Shown here piece after piece: positions 17,176 to 18,743 of a stretch of DNA of 18,743 nucleotides. The notes beneath the pieces are model-generated. The model had not been told where the DNA came from. It did no database searches and was given only the letters and a program-made list of their open reading frames with translations. This DNA is from Candidatus Hodarchaeum mangrovi. GTDB taxonomy: Archaea > Asgardarchaeota > Heimdallarchaeia > Hodarchaeales > Hodarchaeaceae. A program made the translations under genes and the position numbers. Each line of letters starts with the position of its first letter. Position 1 is the first letter of the stretch. The DNA is taken from NCBI GenBank assembly GCA_016839515.1, contig JAEOUE010000091.1, positions 1 through 18,743 of the forward strand, read 5' to 3'.

Positions 17176-18003
17176 ATGCAGCACGAAGAACGTCATATTG
17201 CTAGTTCAGATAATTTAAAACTTTTTTTACAAGTTTGGAAACCAAAAGAGGAACCAAAAGGTATTATTCAGATTATTCACGGACTTGGAGAACATTCAAA
17301 CCGATACATCAACGTTATAGAGACCCTTATTCCAGCAGGTTACGCTATATATGCTTCTGATTTAAGAGGACATGGGAAAAGTGAAGGTCCAACAATGTTT
17401 GTAAATGAATTTGATGATTATAGAAAAGATCAGCAACTTATCAGCAAAATAATTCAGGAAGACTACCCAAGAAAGCCAAAGTTTTTGCTTGGACATTCAT
17501 TAGGAAGTACGATAGCTGTTCTACTTGATAATTTAAATTCCTTTAATGGTTTGATACTTTCCGCATCTGGAATGAAGGCAGGTGGATCTGTACCAAGTAT
17601 TCTTGTCAAATTATCAGCTATACTGGCGAAAATAGTTCCTAAGCTGAAAGTAAGTACTTCAATAAAAGGAGAAGATCTATCAAGAGACACTGTAGTAGCA
17701 CAAGGTTATATGGAAGATCCACTAGTTTATAAATCAGCTACCGTTCGATTAGGCAATGAGTTCTTCAAAGCATTAGAAAAAACACATTCCGTTTTAGAAA
17801 GGATCAAAATACCATGTTTAGTAATATCAGGAGAAAATGACACTCTTATGTTGGGAGCTAGTGAAGTTTACGAGAAGATCGGGTCACAAGATAAATCCCT
17901 GAAAATAATAAAAGAGGCACGACATGAAGTATTTAATGAAATCGAACCCTCTAAATCTGAGGCCCTTTCTGAGCTTCAAATGTTTCTAGACAAACATTTA
18001 TAG
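17176..18003 (+). CDS. Alpha/beta hydrolase, lysophospholipase / monoacylglycerol lipase family
   Basis: IHGLGEHSNRY, DLRGHGKSEG, nucleophile GHSLG, LSRD...YMEDPLV, GEND (Asp), RHEVFNE (His); AGGAG RBS. Confidence 0.92.
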   Translation: MQHEERHIASSDNLKLFLQVWKPKEEPKGIIQIIHGLGEHSNRYINVIETLIPAGYAIYASDLRGHGKSEGPTMFVNEFDDYRKDQQLISKIIQEDYPRKPKFLLGHSLGSTIAVLLDNLNSFNGLILSASGMKAGGSVPSILVKLSAILAKIVPKLKVSTSIKGEDLSRDTVVAQGYMEDPLVYKSATVRLGNEFFKALEKTHSVLERIKIPCLVISGENDTLMLGASEVYEKIGSQDKSLKIIKEARHEVFNEIEPSKSEALSELQMFLDKHL

Positions 18004-18200
18004 ATGTCAAATCTCCATTAATCCTACTTCTGAAGTCTATTATCAGCAACTTGGGCAATTCCCCTCATAAATTTTTATAACATTGTAATTCAATAATCTT
18101 TTCAACAATAACATCCATAATATTACCCTTATTAATAATTAATCCAGACTCCCATCTTTGATTAGAAAAAAAGCATTTATAAGCGTAAAAAGTGGTATAA

Positions 18201-18743
18201 ATGAAAAAAATAAATTTACAATCAGCTAGCTTAATTTTAATTGATGATGGAGGAGTCATGAACGATAATAATGCACGAAGTCATCAATGGAAGGAATTAA
18301 TTGCAGATTATTTTATTCCAATTTATGGGGGATCGAGATCGAGATGGAAAGAAGCAAATCAGTATGCTTTGAATAATTTATTAAGTAGATATAATAAGAC
18401 TATCACGGAAAACCCTCTGGTTGATTTCAATAGCTATTGGAAAATAGAAATGACTCATTGGATAAAAGATATGTTTAGAATAGTAAATATTGACCTTCCA
18501 TCGGAGAAAAAACTCTTTAAATTAGCTAAAAATGCTGGAGAATGGATTACTCCACGAGTAAGGGCAGCTTATCCAGGAGTAGTTAAAACTATAGAAACCT
18601 TATCTGATAAAGGATTTCAATTATGCACTGCTTCTGGAGAAGTATCATGGGAACTTAATGGTTATTTAACAGGAATGATGATTGTAGAGTTTTTCACAAA
18701 GTTATATGGACCAGATTTAATTAACACAGCAAAAGCAAGTACC
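18201..18743 (+). CDS. HAD-superfamily hydrolase, partial (runs off the window)
   Basis: Not in the ORF track. Open frame MKKINLQSASLILIDDGGVMNDN...AYPGVVKTIETLSDKGFQLCTASG...FFTKLYGPDLINTAK; motifs I (DxGG variant), II and III Lys present. Confidence 0.88.
   Translation, partial: MKKINLQSASLILIDDGGVMNDNNARSHQWKELIADYFIPIYGGSRSRWKEANQYALNNLLSRYNKTITENPLVDFNSYWKIEMTHWIKDMFRIVNIDLPSEKKLFKLAKNAGEWITPRVRAAYPGVVKTIETLSDKGFQLCTASGEVSWELNGYLTGMMIVEFFTKLYGPDLINTAKAST

Noticed and set aside
1627-18259. Short ORFs 1627-1845, 2877-3182, 3427-3657, 4063-4260, 4315-4563, 6576-6800, 7928-8125, 10430-10624, 17463-17690, 18065-18259
   Set aside because: Antisense or out-of-frame shadows of well-supported genes, with no motifs.

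Overview
AT-rich prokaryotic window (roughly 30% GC by eye) of mostly monocistronic genes in alternating orientation, with no rRNA, tRNA, CRISPR array or transposase seen. GGTG/GGAG ribosome-binding sites, T-tract gene ends and two surface proteins ending in Thr-rich linker + PGF/PGW + TM + basic tail point to an archaeon, probably Asgard (Heimdallarchaeia/Hodarchaeales-like); this is inference. Contents: a partial LVIVD-repeat protein; a DOMON + 3 repeat surface protein next to a redox-type gene set (DUF2284, orphan di-heme cytochrome b, NMO/FabK flavoprotein, C_GCAxxG_C_C protein); an MFS transporter; a beta-helix surface protein; DinB; a cysteine-synthase-family enzyme; a divergent PlsC-like acyltransferase / lysophospholipase pair; a partial HAD hydrolase; and three broken genes the ORF track misses or splits (HAD, Ntn-hydrolase, DUF3052-like). 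Best leads: a possible acyl-ester lipid remodelling module in an archaeon, and a possible split DOMON / cytochrome b trans-membrane electron-transfer system. All family calls come from motif recognition, not database searches.
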